Part shown: one piece after another, positions 13,433 to 26,600 of the stretch | How the letters are laid out: each line of letters opens with the position of its first letter | How positions within the stretch are numbered: position 1 is the stretch's first letter | NCBI GenBank assembly: GCA_964016885.1 | Contig: OZ024743.1 | Span: 376,340,001 to 376,404,000 of the forward strand | DNA length: 64,000 nt | From: Eledone cirrhosa | Taxonomy: Eukaryota | Reading direction: 5' to 3' | Notes under the pieces: model-generated | Databases searched by the model: none | What the model saw: only the letters and a program-made list of their open reading frames with translations | What the model was told of the DNA's origin: nothing | Translations under genes and position numbers: made by a program

Positions 13433-14406
13433 TCTTTTATTTGCCACCAGGGCATCAAAAGTGAGACAAGTACAAAGGGGGGAGTTTACACAAAAAGGCG
13501 TCCTCAATAAGGAGGAGGCAATAACAAAATATAAAATAAAATAAAATAAAATATAACAAAAAATAAAATTTGTAACAAAATCCTCAATAGAGAGTAGGCG
13601 CCTTGGGGGGTCGCACACACCCCCGAAAAAAGTGTGCAACCCTTTTCCTCAGGAGCACAGAGAAGGGGTGCTCCCTCGTTCCTTCCTCTTCTCCACCTAC
13701 AGGCTTATGTAAAGAGAAGGCCCATTCACACGGGCCATTCTCGCCACTTTCACCCACCTTTCATAAAAAACGACTGGGGTGGAAGACCTCTCTCTCCATC
13801 CTGATCCCTCTTCCGAAATGATATCGGAAGAAACGGACCAGTTGTTGGCCAGAGAGAAAGGTGCCTGACCTCAGTCCTTTCAGACGCGTCCAACATACAA
13901 CCTCTTTCGCCATGGCTATTACGCACAGAAACACCGCCTCTGCTTCATCTTTGAAGGGGGGAGGCGGCTTGATCATTACAATAGACTCGGTGGTCAACCG
14001 GATCGGCCCCACCCTTGACAGCAGTTGTTCGACATAGCCCCACAGATCGGCTACGCCCGAGCAGTGTACCAATGCGTGTGCAACGGTTTCCTCGTCGCAC
14101 ACGCATCTGGGACAGATCTTTTTGGCGGGGTCCCTACCCGGGCGCCCGTGTCTGTAGAGCCTTTCTCGAACGGGTAAAGCCCCTCGGTAGCACTGCCAGG
14201 CCAGGGACTTCTGGAAGTTGTCCATAGGTCCCGGGCTGAATGTCCTACCGAACAGGCTGGCCAGTTCGTCCTCCTCCATGTCTAGGGCTTCTCCGAGGGC
14301 GTCGTCGCACCTGCTGCGTACCAGCCCTCTATAGAATGTTGCGGTGGAGTCTCCACTGATAACCGGATCCGCCTGCCAGAGGGCGGTGAGCGCCTGGGCA
14401 CACTCA
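13430..14406 (-). mobile_element. 5'-truncated Tx1/L1-clade LINE (ORF2 C-terminal zinc-binding region plus 3'UTR)
   Basis: ALPVRERL..CPRCVCDEETVAHALVHC (zf-RVT-like); ends gccctggtggcaaataaaagaaa then (TA)n; closely similar to 19082-20400. Confidence 0.88.
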
Positions 14407-14420
14407 TATATATATATATA

Positions 14421-14888
14421 TATGGATAACACCATTAAGATATATATATATATATGGATAACACCATTAAGATAAATGAGATAAAGCAACAACGAACACA
14501 CGGCCACAGGGAGAGAACAATGGAAGGTAACGTAGATAATTGCAATTGCAGAAATCGTAATAGTTGCCCAATGAACTGTTTAGAGAAAAATATTGTTTAT
14601 GAATGTGGAGTAAAAACGAATAGTAAGACTTGTAGATATATTGGTGCAACTTCTACTAGATTTAAGCAAACGTGGTACAATCATCGCCACTCATTTAAAA
14701 GAGTTGATAAAAGATCTAGTACGGCCCTGTTGAAACTGATATGGTCGCTAAAAAATAAGCAAGGGGAATACTCCCTTTCTTGGTAAAAACTCACATGCTT
14801 TTCCATATATAAATGGATCTATATCTAGGGGCTGTGACCTCTGTACTACAGAGACTCTTCACATCATAAATAGTAGACATCCGAGATT
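14421..14888 (+). mobile_element. Penelope-like element GIY-YIG endonuclease fragment
   Basis: CNCRNRNSCPMNCLEKNIVY..YIGATSTRFKQTWYNHRHSF..STAL..IWSLK, then frameshifted GCDLCTTE; ~22-bp 5' duplication separated by (TA)n. Confidence 0.85.
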
Positions 14889-15200
14889 AACTTTACCTTT
14901 TATCCTTACGGGGTCGATAAAATAATGTACCAGTAATAATGCACTGGGTAATTGCTGGCCTTGTGCCAAAAGTAGAAACAATTATCATTAATAAACACAT
15001 AAAAGAAATGGCGGTGGATTGGCAGTATCGGTAGAGGGTCGGACACCATGCTTTGACGCAAAGAATTACGGCCCTTGGCATTCTGAGTTCAAATCCCGCC
15101 GAGGTTAACTTTGAATTTCATCCTTACGGGGTCGATAAAATAAAGTACCAGTAATGTATTGAGTAATTGCTGGCCTTGTGCCAAAATTATTATTAATAAA
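14888..15200 (+). mobile_element. tRNA-derived SINE with Meta-domain-like core: truncated copy (14888-14995) plus near-full copy (15010-15200)
   Basis: B-box-like gagttcaaatcc and core tttcatccttacggggtcgataaaataaagtaccag; (ATT)n tail. Confidence 0.8.
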
Positions 15201-15735
15201 TACTCTCAAATTTTTAATTCTTGTTTACACAAAATTAATAAGACATTTCGTAGAGTATATAGTTAAAACTTAAATAATGTTAAATAGATCACCAAATAAT
15301 TAATTAAACATTCATTAATATTTAGATATATTATAACATCAGCATCAAAGTACAAAAATCTAAAATTTGAATTAGTATCTAAATGAATAGAATCTAGTAT
15401 AAAAAAAAAATAGACTAACAGTTCATACATGCCTCACTAGGAATCAAGTGACCAATCTGGTAACTTGATACCATAGCCAGTTCACAAGCAACAACGCCAA
15501 TTGAAATATCTATATCCCACACATATAAGAACTGCTACTTGAAAATTTCGAACATATGCTTACTCGTCAGCGAAGGGATAACACGTATGACTGCTAACAT
15601 ATCAATGGATATTTACATCTCGTTTGGATTTTTGTATGAAGAGAACATGTAGGGCGGCTGTTATACTCACGTCTTTGAAATACGTATAACAAAATAAATA
15701 GGGATGTACAAATGAAACCGTCTTTTTTGTTTATA

Positions 15736-15804
<69 letters not shown>

Positions 15805-15911
15805 TGGTGTTCTACACAGGACCGGTCTGCTACCCCCCCCCCATATATATATATATCAGCATGCGGTTGCCGGCTGATAGAAAGGAGTACTCAATACCGA
15901 AGTAGAGTTTT

Positions 15912-15957
15912 AATATTCTGATGAACCTGTGATAAACAGGCAAAAATCCAGAGTATT
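15912..15957 (+). ncRNA. Degenerate hammerhead motif related to the 6584/6849 family
   Basis: CTGATGA-acctgtgataaacaggc-aAAA-atccaga-GTA; upstream ctcaataccgaa.tagagttt.aatattc is shared with about 6495-6525. Confidence 0.45.
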
Positions 15958-15982
15958 AGCCTCAATAAATTGTATACATACA

Positions 15983-16018
<36 letters not shown>

Positions 16019-16059
16019 AATATGATAATAATGGAGCTGCGGCGTTGCAAATGGGATAC

Positions 16060-16823
16060 ATATGAAAAAGTGAGTCCTTCATCAGTGACCCTCCAACCGT
16101 CCTAGGCATTTCATCGCTTTAAGGGCCATATGCCTCAGGTTGGTGCGAACAACGGCTAAAAAAAGTCGTTGGGACACGTAAACAAAGGGGACGCCAGGGT
16201 GACAACAAAAAAGTTTAAGCAACGGAAAGTGAGAAGAAATAGACAAGTCCCAGATCTCTATGAATATAAACTCGGTGAAATCGTGAACAAGAGACAAAAG
16301 ACCATCAAACCTGGTTGAAATGTGAGCAAGGAAAGAATTTCGCCCAAGTTTGACGGGGGGGAAAAAAGAGAGATAGAAAGGAGAGAAGAAGAAGAAGAAG
16401 AAGAAGAAGAAGAAGAAGAAGAAGAAGAAGAAGAAGAAGAAGAAGAAGAAGAAGAAGATAAAGGGGTCTGGTCTACGAATTCGGTAAACGTAAGTTTTGT
16501 GAAGTCGCAGACGAAAGAGAGAGAGAAAAAAATTCCATACCAGCTTGGTCAAGACCGCGCGAGAAAAGAATTACACACAGGTTTGATGGTCTTTTGCCTC
16601 TTGTTCACGATTTCACCGAGTTTATATTCATAGAGATCTGGGACTTGTCTATTTCTTCTCACTTTCCATTGCTTAAACTTTTTTGTTGTTACCCTGGCGT
16701 CCTCTTTGTTTACGTGTCCCAACGACTTTTTTTAGCCGTTGTTCGCACCAACCTGAGGCATATGGCCCTTAAAGCGATGAAATGCCTAGGACGGTTGGAG
16801 GGTCACTGATGAAGGACTCACTT

Positions 16824-16830
<7 letters not shown>
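16060..16830. repeat. Foldback insertion in (TA)n: ~254-bp inverted arms (16060-16313 and 16578-16830) with central (GAA)n
   Basis: Arms are reverse complements; mirrored ORFs 16082..16552(-) and 16594..16809(+); CTGATGAagga near the arm ends. Confidence 0.93.
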
Positions 16831-16873
<43 letters not shown>

Positions 16874-16918
16874 ATAATAATAAAAAGGACGTGGTTAAAT
16901 CTTCATTACATCTATTGA

Positions 16919-17009
16919 GGTATGAGCCGCGTTTCGCGATTGATCAGTTGAAGGTTCGATCTATATCGATCGGGCCCGACTCTGTAATCAAAAGCTCGTC
17001 GGACTTACC
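16919..17009 (-). ncRNA. Degenerate type I hammerhead with ~60-nt stem II region
   Basis: ggtaagt-CCGACGA-gc..(60 nt)..gc-GAAA-cgc-GGC-tcatacc. Confidence 0.45.
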
Positions 17010-17168
17010 ACAACAAAATTACTCTCCCCCCCTCTCTCTCTCTCTACTCTCTCTCTCTACACACACACATATATATATATATATGTGTGTGTGTGTGTAT
17101 CCCGAATTTAATTGGAAAGACCTGATGATTTCCTTCGAATGAAACAGTTCCAGTCCTGTAGAAGCCAG

Positions 17169-17271
<103 letters not shown>

Positions 17272-17510
17272 TAAATATATATATATATACATCCACATTA
17301 TATATAAATTATATCGTGGGAAGTACACTACACACATTTATGTAAGCGTGAACCTAATGCCTAACACCATTCGTAACTATACTCCTTGTTGTTGTTATAT
17401 CATTTTCCAATATATATATATATATATATATATATGTTTTTATTTTATTTATTTATACATAGATGTATGTGTAGTGAACTTTCCACGATATAATTTATAT
17501 ATAATGTGTA

Positions 17511-17596
<86 letters not shown>

Positions 17597-17642
17597 CATA
17601 ACCTATATACATACATACACTCACACATACATATATATATAT

Positions 17643-18080
17643 ACTAGACCTGAAAAATGCGCAACCTCAAAAGAGCCACAGAATGTTATAATAAACCTTC
17701 AAAACTAGAGTTGTGGCTCAAAAATATTGTAATCATTATCTATCGTACACACTGTGGCATCCTTTTATAAAAAAGAGACTCATAACGAACTCAAGACGAC
17801 ACGATAATTATTTAAGCTAATGTTCAATATCTCATATTAGATGTTTAGTAATGATTAATACGAAATGCACTTAAACCGAATTCTATATTATAAATTCACT
17901 TAAATAATTATCGTGTCGTCTTGAGTTCATTATGAGTCTCTTTTTTATAAAAGGATGCCACAGAGTGTACGATAGATAATGATTACAATATTTTTGACCA
18001 ACAACTCTAGTCCCACACTTTTGAAGGTTTATTATAACATTCTGTGGCTCTTTTGAGCTTGCGCATTTTTCAGGTCTAGT
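17643..18080. repeat. Foldback insertion: ~175-bp inverted arms (17643-17817 and 17899-18080) beginning at (TA)n
   Basis: actagacctgaaaaatgcgcaa.. versus ..ttgcgcatttttcaggtctagt. Confidence 0.92.
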
Positions 18081-19010
18081 TTAATATTTTTAAGGCAACG
18101 CTTGTAATAACTCTAGTTAAACATGATATATATTAATAATAAATTATCGTTGTAATGTAATTAGATTATATAATTGTTATTTTATAAATGATCTTATAAA
18201 TATTATTGTAAGATGTATAAAAATATTTTCAGACTTTTAATATAAACAACTACAAAAAACAATCAATATTAAATAAATATATTTTACATAATAATTGTTA
18301 TAGTTGAATTAATAAAAATTAAATATTACATACAAATAATCTAACATAATAATAATAAAATAATCTAACATAAAACGAACAATAATATACACAAATATAC
18401 AAGTAAATATGATACAACCAATATTATAAGCATGTTATAACGAACTAAATAAATATAATAGAATATAAATTTAAAAAAATCATATATATATTATATAACT
18501 TACCAAAACGAGAAAAATATTTTGATGATAAACAACGAAATACAGGAGGAAGATTCGAAAGCGAAACGATAAATAAACGTGCAAACAAAATGGCGGATGC
18601 TTTTGAGCAACAATTACTTTCGTTGGTTGATTAGCCAATAAGACGATGAAATTAGCCAATAAGACGATACATTACAAAACATGTTTGGCAGCGATCATCA
18701 CCACGGCCAGAGACACCCCTTGATTTTTTATCACAAGCTACGCATATATGTCAGACACGCAGACTTAAAATATTCTGTTGTTAGTCACTGCGTGTCTAAC
18801 AGATATATAGTACTCATTTTATCGATAAACATCACATTCCACTTCCAGCCGTGACAAAAAATCTTATCCGAATTCATCAACTTCTCCCTATAATATTTAC
18901 CTATGTTGCCTATAACTTTATTTGGAAAGTTAGCTGCATATTTTGGTCGTGTTGCGAAATTTATTTTGAAACCTTGATCTCTCTAGCTGTATATGTGCAC
19001 ACCTCTTTCC

Positions 19011-19081
<71 letters not shown>

Positions 19082-19082
<1 letters not shown>

Positions 19083-20400
19083 GAGTGCAAACTGTCCCTG
19101 AAAGGTCGGGCGGAGGTGGTGAACACTTATATAGCGTCCGCCATCTACTACCGCCTGACCGTTGTGCCTTGCCCAAGGGAAACGCTCGCCAAAATGGAGC
19201 GCACACTCTTCCAATTCCTTTGGAAGAAGCGGGCTCCTATGGTGAGGAGATCCATCTGCTGTCAACACCCTTCGAAAGGAGGCTGGGGATGCCGTGGCTA
19301 ATGATACGTAAACACGCATTAAGGCTACGGCACCTCCAGGTATTCCTCTCTGGTCAACCGGTGTGGGCCCCATTTGTGAGGCGAGCCTTTCCCAGACTCG
19401 TCTCACTCACCGAGCTGCAATCCTGGGTCAAGCAAAGACCGAGAAAACTGGGCGCCTGGCACACCGAGTTTGCCCAGGCGCTCACGGCTCTCTGGCAGGC
19501 GGACCCGACTGTCAGTGGAGAATCCACCTCGTCATTCTATAGAGGGCTGGTGGTTAGCAGGTGCGACGACGCCCTCGGAGAAGCCCTAGGCATGGAGGAA
19601 GACGAACTGGCCAACCTGTTCGGTAGGACATTCAGCCGGGACCCATGGATAACTTCCAGAGGTCCCTGGCCTGGCAGTGCTACAGAAGGGCTCTGCCCGT
19701 TCGAGAAAGGCTCTACAGACACGGGCGCCCGGGTAGGGACCCCTCGAAAAAGATCTTTCCCAGATGCGTGTGCGACGAGGAAACCGTTGCACACGCATTG
19801 GTACACTGCTCGGGCATTGCTGATCTGTGGGGCTATGTCGAACAACTGCTGTCAAGGGTGGGACCGATCCGGTTGACCACCGAGTCTATTGTAACGATCA
19901 AGCCGCCTCCCCTCTTCAAAAACGAAGGAGAGGCGGTGTTTCTGTGCGTAATAGCCATGGCGAAAGAGGTTGTATGGTGGACGCGTCTGAAAGGACTGAG
20001 GTCAGACACCTTTCTCTCTGGCCAACAACTGGTCCGTTTCTTCCGATATCATTTCGGAAGAAGGATCAGGATGGAGAGAGAGGTGCTGCACCCCAGACGT
20101 TTTTATGAAAGATGGGTGAAAGTGGCGAGAATGGCCCGTGTGAATGGGCCTTTACTCTACATCAGACTATAGGTGAGGAAGATGAAAGACCAAGGGAGAC
20201 CCCTTCTCTGTGCTCCTGAGGAAAAGGGTTGCACACTTTTTTCGGGGGTGTGTGCGACCCCCCAAGGCGCCTCCTCTCTATTGAGGATTTTGTTATATAT
20301 TTTATTCTGTTATATTTTATTTTATTTTATATTTTGTTATTGCCTCCTCCTTATTGAGGACGCCTTGTTTTGTAAACTCCCCCCCATTGTACTTGTCCCA
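19082..20400 (+). mobile_element. Tx1/L1-clade LINE ORF2 3' fragment inside (TATC)n, frameshifted
   Basis: LSLKGRAEVVNTYIASAIYY..FQFLW..KGG.G.P post-RT motif and zinc-binding region; (CTAT)n on both sides. Confidence 0.9.
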
Positions 20401-20402
20401 CA

Positions 20403-20485
<83 letters not shown>

Positions 20486-20502
20486 TTATCTATCTATCTA
20501 TC

Positions 20503-23300
20503 CTGAAATAGAGGAAGTTGTGTGCCAGTCACGCTGGTAAGTTTTTGTCTTTTATTTATAAAAAACAAAAATTATTGTTTTAAAAAAAATATCACTATAT
20601 ATATTGACCCTCTGACTAAATTGTCAGTGGGTGGGTCATCGAAATTTTCGCCGCCCAGGGGCGAAAATTTAATTTTCATAAAAAATGTTCATATAAAGAT
20701 TTATAACAACTTGTTTTAACTATGAATGTTATCATTAAAGCGCTTCCCGCCAAAAATGGAAATGGGAGCGTTGAAATGAATGTCACTATGGCAACAGGTA
20801 GTGACCGAAATAAATCACACCAAAACAAAATTATGGAAACACATACGGCACAAAAAAATATTGAACAAGAGAAAAACACAACTTCACAAATGAATTCCAC
20901 AACCACAAATCAAGCAACTGAGAACTACAAAAACAACAACAACGACAACAATGACAACAGCAACAGCAGCAACAATGATGACAACACCAACAGCAGCAAC
21001 GGTAATGACAACAACACCAACAAGAACAACTCCACAAACAAGGAAAAAAAGGTTTCGTTTGCACAAACTGTCCAAAAAACAGAACCATATACACAGATTG
21101 ACATCTCTAATGCCGGAGAATTGCTAAGAGATGCCAAGCAATATATAACTTTTGGGGAGAATGGCGCTTTTAGCATCACTTCTCCCCAAGAATTGCGTAG
21201 AGACACTGTCCTGAAAACTATAGTTTTTAGGACAATCTCAAATACCACCAGAAAACCAGCTCAATTAACTCAAAACGAAATTGAGCTGGTTCTAAGAAAC
21301 TCCATGAAGGACATTACCTTCATAGAGAAGAGAAAACTCTTCGGGAGTTTATCAATAATAATAAAAGACCAATTGAGGGGCACATAAATATTCTGTGTCG
21401 CACATTGTGTCCCCATTTTACACCTTTTTACCTCCCCAAATATATGGGAAAAAGGGCCCCAAAAATAAAAGTATCAAATATCACACCAAATGTAAACATC
21501 TGGTGGATATTAGCTAGTTTCATCACTTTTGATGAAGATACAGTAATTTCGGTAGGAAAGTCCTCTAGGGGCATATTCAACGGTACAAGCTTAGAAGTTC
21601 TGGTCCAAATGAGACCAGAACGGATAGCTAGAATACCACAACGTGTGCCTCTAGATGGAAATTCCTACATAAACATTTCTGTTGAGGCTAGGCGGCCTTC
21701 ATGTTACCAGCGTTTAAGCAGTGGTTACCTGAGGGCTTCCTGTCCTCAATTAACTGCATAAAAAAAGGCACTACTGCCGACACCCAACACAACAACACAA
21801 CCACCACCACCACCACAACAACAACACACAAAAATAACAAAAATAAACCAAACTGCAAACACAGTCCCACCCAACCTCTCCCCACCTAAAACAACTCCCA
21901 AAACACCCACAAGTACAACAGATCCCCAAAACATACCCCTCCCCAATCAAACACACACCCCAACGGACGAAGCCCCCTCGTCATCACTCAGTGATGATGA
22001 GGGAGAACCCCTCCGCTCCAAAAAAAAAAGAAAAAAGACATAACACGAACAAAAAGGCAACAAACACACAACCACCAACACAAACAACACAAACATTACA
22101 AAAATCCCCCCTCCCGAAAACAAAACAATGACAACACTCCAAACACAAATACCCACAACAAAACGAAAACACACACAAGAACAACAGACATAAACTAACA
22201 ACTCAACAAAAATATTATACATACATAAACACTGAGAATAAAACCTTGTTGGAGGTCATCTCCAAAAACCTTTCCGTGGAAACCGAAGGAAAATATTTTA
22301 CCAAATGTAAAGACAAACCTAATTTAAGGATGATTAGGGTCCCTACGGACACTTATAAGTCCTTAAAGGAAAAGTTTGCTGAGGACGTGGGGAATATGTG
22401 TGTTAAACCAACGAACCGCGTCCTCTTGAAACGTTTCCCCACCCCCACACCAGACACCCCCACTCTACCAGACATCTACGTCCCTAACATCTACGTCCCT
22501 ACCCCGACAGGAACCACCACCCTACCAAACAACCCCTCCAACACCCCCATGGACATTGTGCAGCCTGGTCCAAGAGGACGAACTGACCAGTCTGTTAGCA
22601 CGGACGCCCAGGCAGAGATCCTGCCAAAAGGACCTGTCCAAGATGCGAGCAGGACATTGAAACCATCCTGCACGCGATTGTTCAGAGCCCAAGGGTGACC
22701 AACCTGTGGAATTATGTCGAACAGTTACTGTCACGTGTGGGACGCATCCAGTTGTCAGCCGAGTCCATCGTGAGGATCACCCCGCCGCTTTCAATTAAAA
22801 ATGAAGGAGAGGCGGTTTTCCTCTGTCTGATGGCTATGGCGAAAGAGGTAATATAGTGGACAAGGTGAAAAGTACTGAGGGCAAACACATTTCCCCGGAC
22901 AACAACTCATCTCCTTCTTCAAGTACCACTTCAGAAGGAAGGTGAGAGTGGAGAGAGAGGTGCTACACCCTAGTAAATTCGTTGAAAGGGGGGTGAATGT
23001 GGCGAAAAAGGCCTGAGTGAATGGGCCTTCTCTGTATATAAACCTATAGGTTGAGGAAGACAAACAGAGGGAAGACGGGAACACCTACAAAACGTGCTCC
23101 TGGTGTTGAGGGTTGTTCTATCTACGGGGTGTAAAACAACCCCGCAGTAACGCCCTTCCCCCTATTGGGATTTCGATTGTTTTATTTTAATTTTATATAT
23201 AGTTTATTGTCATCCATTATTGTTAAAGATTTTATGTAAAACCCCCGCCGTCAGGTCTTATAATATCCCATTTTTGTATGCCCTTGTGGCAAATAAAGAA
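20503..23300 (+). mobile_element. HAL1-like ORF1-only derivative of a Tx1/L1 LINE, bounded by (TATC)n
   Basis: Disrupted gag-like ORF1 (20722-22698) joined at about 22570 to an out-of-frame ORF2 tail (EDELTSL..HGRPGRDPAKRTCPRCEQDIETILHA..) and a 3' end gcccttgtggcaaataaagaa. Confidence 0.7.
20722..22698 (+). pseudogene. Disrupted LINE ORF1 (gag-like) with degenerate CCHC knuckle
   Basis: ORFs 20722-21387, 21405-21761 and 22246-22698; YLPKYMGKRAPKIKVSNI and RRPSCYQRLSSGYLRASCP (C-x2-[R]-x4-[Y]-x4-C). Confidence 0.65.
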
Positions 23301-23691
23301 ATCTATCTATCTATCTATCTATCTTTCTATCAATCTGAAAATTTGTCGGTGATATTACTCCATCTATGATAACTTTCATAAATGATGATAGGATTTGAAA
23401 AAAAAACGATATCTTACATGCTGTGTTGCAGCACGGGCTCAGTGCAATGACTAAAACTAGTAAAAGAATAAAAGGCTGTTACACACAGCCTTGCGTTACA
23501 CTGAATACTGGAAATTTTTAAACTCCAATTACTCTATTGCTCTACTCTAATACGTGTTACAGTCGTCAGGCTGAGGCCATACTGGGACGTCGCCATATTA
23601 TAGAACTTTATGTCAACTATACTTTACAACCAAAGGTTATACAATGATAGAAATATTGAAAAAAGATACAAACAAAATTAATTAACGAAAA

Positions 23692-26600
23692 AGACAGTGT
23701 TTCGAAATATTACACACATTGTGTGTCTAAAATCTACAGATAGTGTATCTAGAAACGACAGACAGTGTATCTAGAAACTACAGATAGTGTATCTAGAAAC
23801 TACAGACACAGTGTGTCTAGAAACTACAGACACAGTGTATCTAGAAACTACAGAAATTGTGTCTAAAAAGTACAGACATTGTGTATCTAGAAACTACAGA
23901 TAGTGTATCTAGAAACTACAGACACAGTGTGTCTAGAAACTACAGACATAGTGTATCTAGAAACTACAGAAATTGTGTCTAAAAACTACAGACATTGTGT
24001 ATTTAGAAACTACAGACACAGTGCATCTAGAAACTAGACATAGTGTATCTAGAAATTACAGACACAGTGTATCTAGAAACTACAGACATTGTGTATCTAG
24101 AAACTACAGACACAGTGTATCTAGAAACTACAGACATTGTGTATCTAGAAACTACAGACATAGTGTATCTAGAAACTAAACATAGTGTATCTAGAAACTA
24201 CAGATATTGTGTATCTAGAAACTGCAGACACAGTGTATCTAGAAACTAGACATAGTGTATCTAGAAACTACAGACACAGTGTATCTAGAAACTGCAGACA
24301 CAGTGTATCTAGAAACTACAGACATAGTGTATCTAGAAACTACAGACAGTGTATCTAGAAACTACAGACATAGTGTATCTAGAAACTACAGACATAGTGT
24401 GTCTAGAAACTACAGACAGTGTATCTAGAAACTACAGACATAGTGTATCTAGAAACTACAGACAATGTGTATCTAGAAACTACAGACACGGTGTATCTAG
24501 AAACTACAGACAGTGTATCTAGAAACTACAGACACAGTGTATCTAGAAATTACAGACATAGTGTATCTAGAAACTACAGACAGTGTATCTAGAAACTACA
24601 GACATAGTGTATCTAGAAACTACAGACATAGTGTGTCTAGAAACTACAGACAATGTGTATCTAGAAACTACAGACATAGTGTATCTAGAAACTACAAACA
24701 TAGTGTATCTAGAAACTACAGACAGTGTATATAGAAACTACAGACAGTGTATCTAGAAACTACAGACATAGTGTATCTAGAAACTACAGACAGTGTATCT
24801 AGAAACTACAGACATAGTGTATCTAGAAACTACAGACAGTGTATCTAGAAACTACAGACATAGTGTATCTAGAAACTACAGACATAGTGTGTCTAGAAAC
24901 TACAGACAGTGTATCTAGAAACTACAGACACAGTGTATCTAGAAACTACAGACAGTGTTTCTAGAAACTACAGACATAGTGTATCTAGAAACTACAGACA
25001 TAGTGTATCTAGAAACTACAGACATAGTGTGTCTAGAAACTACAGACAGTGTATCTGGAAACTACAGACACAGTGTATCTAGAAACTACAGACAATGTGT
25101 ATCTAGAAACTACAGACATTGTGTATCTAGAAACTACAGACAGTGTATCTAGAAACTACAGACACAGTGTATCTAGAAACTACAAACATAGTGTATCTAG
25201 AAACTACAGACAGTGTATCTAGAAACTACAGACACAGTGTGTCTAGAAACTACAGACAGTGTATCTAGAAACTACAGACAGTGTATCTAGAAACTACAGA
25301 CAGTGTATCTAGAAACTACAGACATAGTATATCTAGAAACTACAGACAAAGTGTATCTAGAAATTACAGACACAGTGTATCTAGAAACTACAGACACAGT
25401 GTATCCAGAAACTACAAACATAGTGTATCTAGAAACTACAGACAGTGTATCTAGAAACTAGAGACATAGTGTATCTAGAAACTACAGACACAGTGTATCT
25501 AGAAACTACAAACATAGTCTATCTAGAAACTACAGACAGTGTATCTAGAAACTACAGACACAGTGTATCTAGAAACTACAGACAGTGTATCTAGAAACTA
25601 CAGACATAGTGTATCTAGAAATTACAGACATAGTGTATCTAGAAACTACAGACACAGTGTATCTAGAAATTACAGACATAGTGTATCTAGATACTACAGA
25701 CACAGTGTATCTAGAAACTACAAACATAGTCTATCTAGAAACTACAGACAGTGTATCTAGAAACTACAGACACAGTGTATCTAGAAACTACAGACAGTGT
25801 ATCTAGAAACTACAGACATAGTGTATCTAGAAACTACAGACACAGTGTATCTAGAAACTACAGACAGTGTATCTAGAAACTACAGACAGGGTGTATCTAG
25901 AAACTACAGACAGTGTATCTAGAAACTACAGACATAGTGTATCTAGAAACTACACACATACTGTATCTAGAAACTACAGACAGTGTATCTAGAAAATACA
26001 GACAATGTGTATCTAGAAACTACAGGCATAGTGTATCTAGAAACTACAGACATAGTGTATCTAGAAACTACAGACATAGTGTATCTAGAAACTACAGACA
26101 GTGTATCTAGAAACTACAGGCATAGTGTATCTAGAAACTACAGACATAGTGTATCTAGAAACTACAGATATAGTGTATCTAGAAACTACAGAGAGTGTAT
26201 ATAGAAACTACAGACAAAGTGTATCTAGAAACTACAGACATAGTGTATCTAGAAACTACAAACATAGTCTATCTAGAAACTACAGACAGTGTATCTAGAA
26301 ACTACAGACACAGTGTATCTAGAAACTACAGACAGTGTATCTAGAAACTACAGACATAGTGTATATAGAAACTACAGACGCAGTGTATCTAGAAACTACA
26401 GACAGTGTATCTAGAAACTACAGACAGTGTATCTAGAAACTACAGACAGTGTATCTAGAAACTACAGACATAGTATATCTAGAAACTACAGACACAGTGT
26501 ATCTAGAAATTACAGACACAGTGTATCTAGAAACTACAGACACAGTGTATCCAGAAACTACAAACATAGTGTATCTAGAAACTACAGACAGTGTATCTAG

